Position numbers and translations under genes: made by a program. A stretch of 64,000 nucleotides of DNA, taken from NCBI RefSeq assembly GCF_009914755.1, contig NC_060928.1; one strand, written 5' to 3'. Source of the stretch: the human T2T-CHM13v2.0 reference genome, Homo sapiens. The notes beneath the pieces were generated by a model. The model made no database searches, was not told the DNA's origin, and saw only the letters and a program-made list of their open reading frames with translations. Below are positions 62,795-64,000 of this stretch, piece by piece; the stretch's first letter is position 1, and each line of letters starts with the position of its first letter.

Positions 62795-64000
62795 TCATGG
62801 TTTGAATATGGAAACCAATAATTTATTACGTTTATAACATTGTCTAAATGATTACTCTTTGGAAGACACCATTTCCTACTATAATAATCCCTTATGTGTG
62901 TTTGGCACTTGAAAGATTATAAAGCACTTTCACATCTATTATCTCTTTTAATTTTCACTGCAACCCTCTGAGGGAGGTGGCAATTATTCCCTTTAGCAAA
63001 TGCCACCACCAGGTGGTGGGTGGGAATGTCCAGGGATTTACTGGTGGTCATGAATTAAAAAACAAAAAGGACATGAACATAATACTTCTAGCTTAAAGTT
63101 CTATTGGCATGTAACAGGCACAATATTTGTTCATTTGCTATGTAAATAGACGTTTCTCAGAAGTTATAGTCCTGAACCTAATTATAATTATATTTAACAT
63201 ATTCTCATAAGAAGAGTACAAGCCAATGATCAGATTGGTTTTTTGATACTCAGAAAGAGAGTTAACTAGTTTAATCACTAGGGTGACAGAGCGAGACTCA
63301 GTCTCAAAAAAAAAAAAAGTTTACAACATAGATGGGTGTGGTGGTACATGCCTGCAGTCCCAGCTACTCCAGAGGCTGAGGTGGGAGAACTGATTGAGCT
63401 CAGGAGGTCAAGACTGCAGTGAGCTGAGATCTTGCCACTGCACTCCAGCCTGGGTGACAGAGTGAGACCCTGTCTCAAAAAAAAAAAAAAAAAAAAAAAA
63501 AAATCACACACAGTGGCTCACAGCACTTTGGGAGGTGGAGGCAGAAGGATTGCTCGTGCTAGGGAGTTCAAGTCCAGCCTGGCAAATATGGCAAAACCTC
63601 ATCTGTTTCTTTTTCAGAAAGAAAAAAAAAAGGCACATTAGATATGAAATGTAAAAAATAAAGTAAAAAAAATAAAGGATATAAAATGTGCTCAGCTAGT
63701 TGGAGGAGGCAGTGCTAGATTCTGACTTCCAGCCTAAGGTGAAGCTCAAGGCTCTCCTGCTACACTCTGCTGCCTTTCAGTGTGGCACATGGCCGGATTC
63801 ATTATATCCCACCATCTCTTATTAGATGGTACGGTCCAGTGGGAGGTTATCATGCTCTCTAGGTTGAATATGGCCATACCAGCTGGGATATAAAAGAACT
63901 GTGAGATAAATAGTTCCATTTCTCCAGATTATTTTCCTTAGTTAAAAGCTCATGCCTTTCAAGTTGAAGGGAATTTCTATCTACTCAGCTGCTCCTGTGG

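Overview
Primate (almost certainly human) genomic DNA, extremely Alu-dense (roughly 70 Alu copies or fragments by eye). The only protein-coding gene I can support is MGARP (HUMMR/OSAP/C4orf49) on the minus strand. Its four coding exons (61754-61673, 56988-56885, 50357-50264, 48633-48191) have canonical GT-AG junctions and join to 723 nt = 240 aa + TAA, with a CpG-island promoter near 61.8 kb and AATAAA at 47769-47774. The left 47 kb is repeat-rich intergenic DNA. It holds a structurally complete but decayed two-LTR ERV1 provirus (MER61-like, 14738-24021, TSD CCAG) with a nested LTR10-like solo LTR, two U6 retrocopies (one a U6/L1 chimera), MLT1/MLT2 LTRs, and L1, L2, MIR and DNA-transposon remnants. 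Nearly all ORFs in the supplied track are Alu or simple-repeat artefacts. I found no evidence of a new multi-gene system. The best second-look items are molecular scars: a 78-bp templated insertion, an L1-mobilised LTR fragment with a long TSD, the U6/L1 chimera, and an inverted duplication in an AT-rich tract. A compact GC-box/HRE/ERR-SF1-like module in the MGARP promoter is also notable. Repeat family names come from my recall of consensus sequences and repeat boundaries are approximate; no database search was run.
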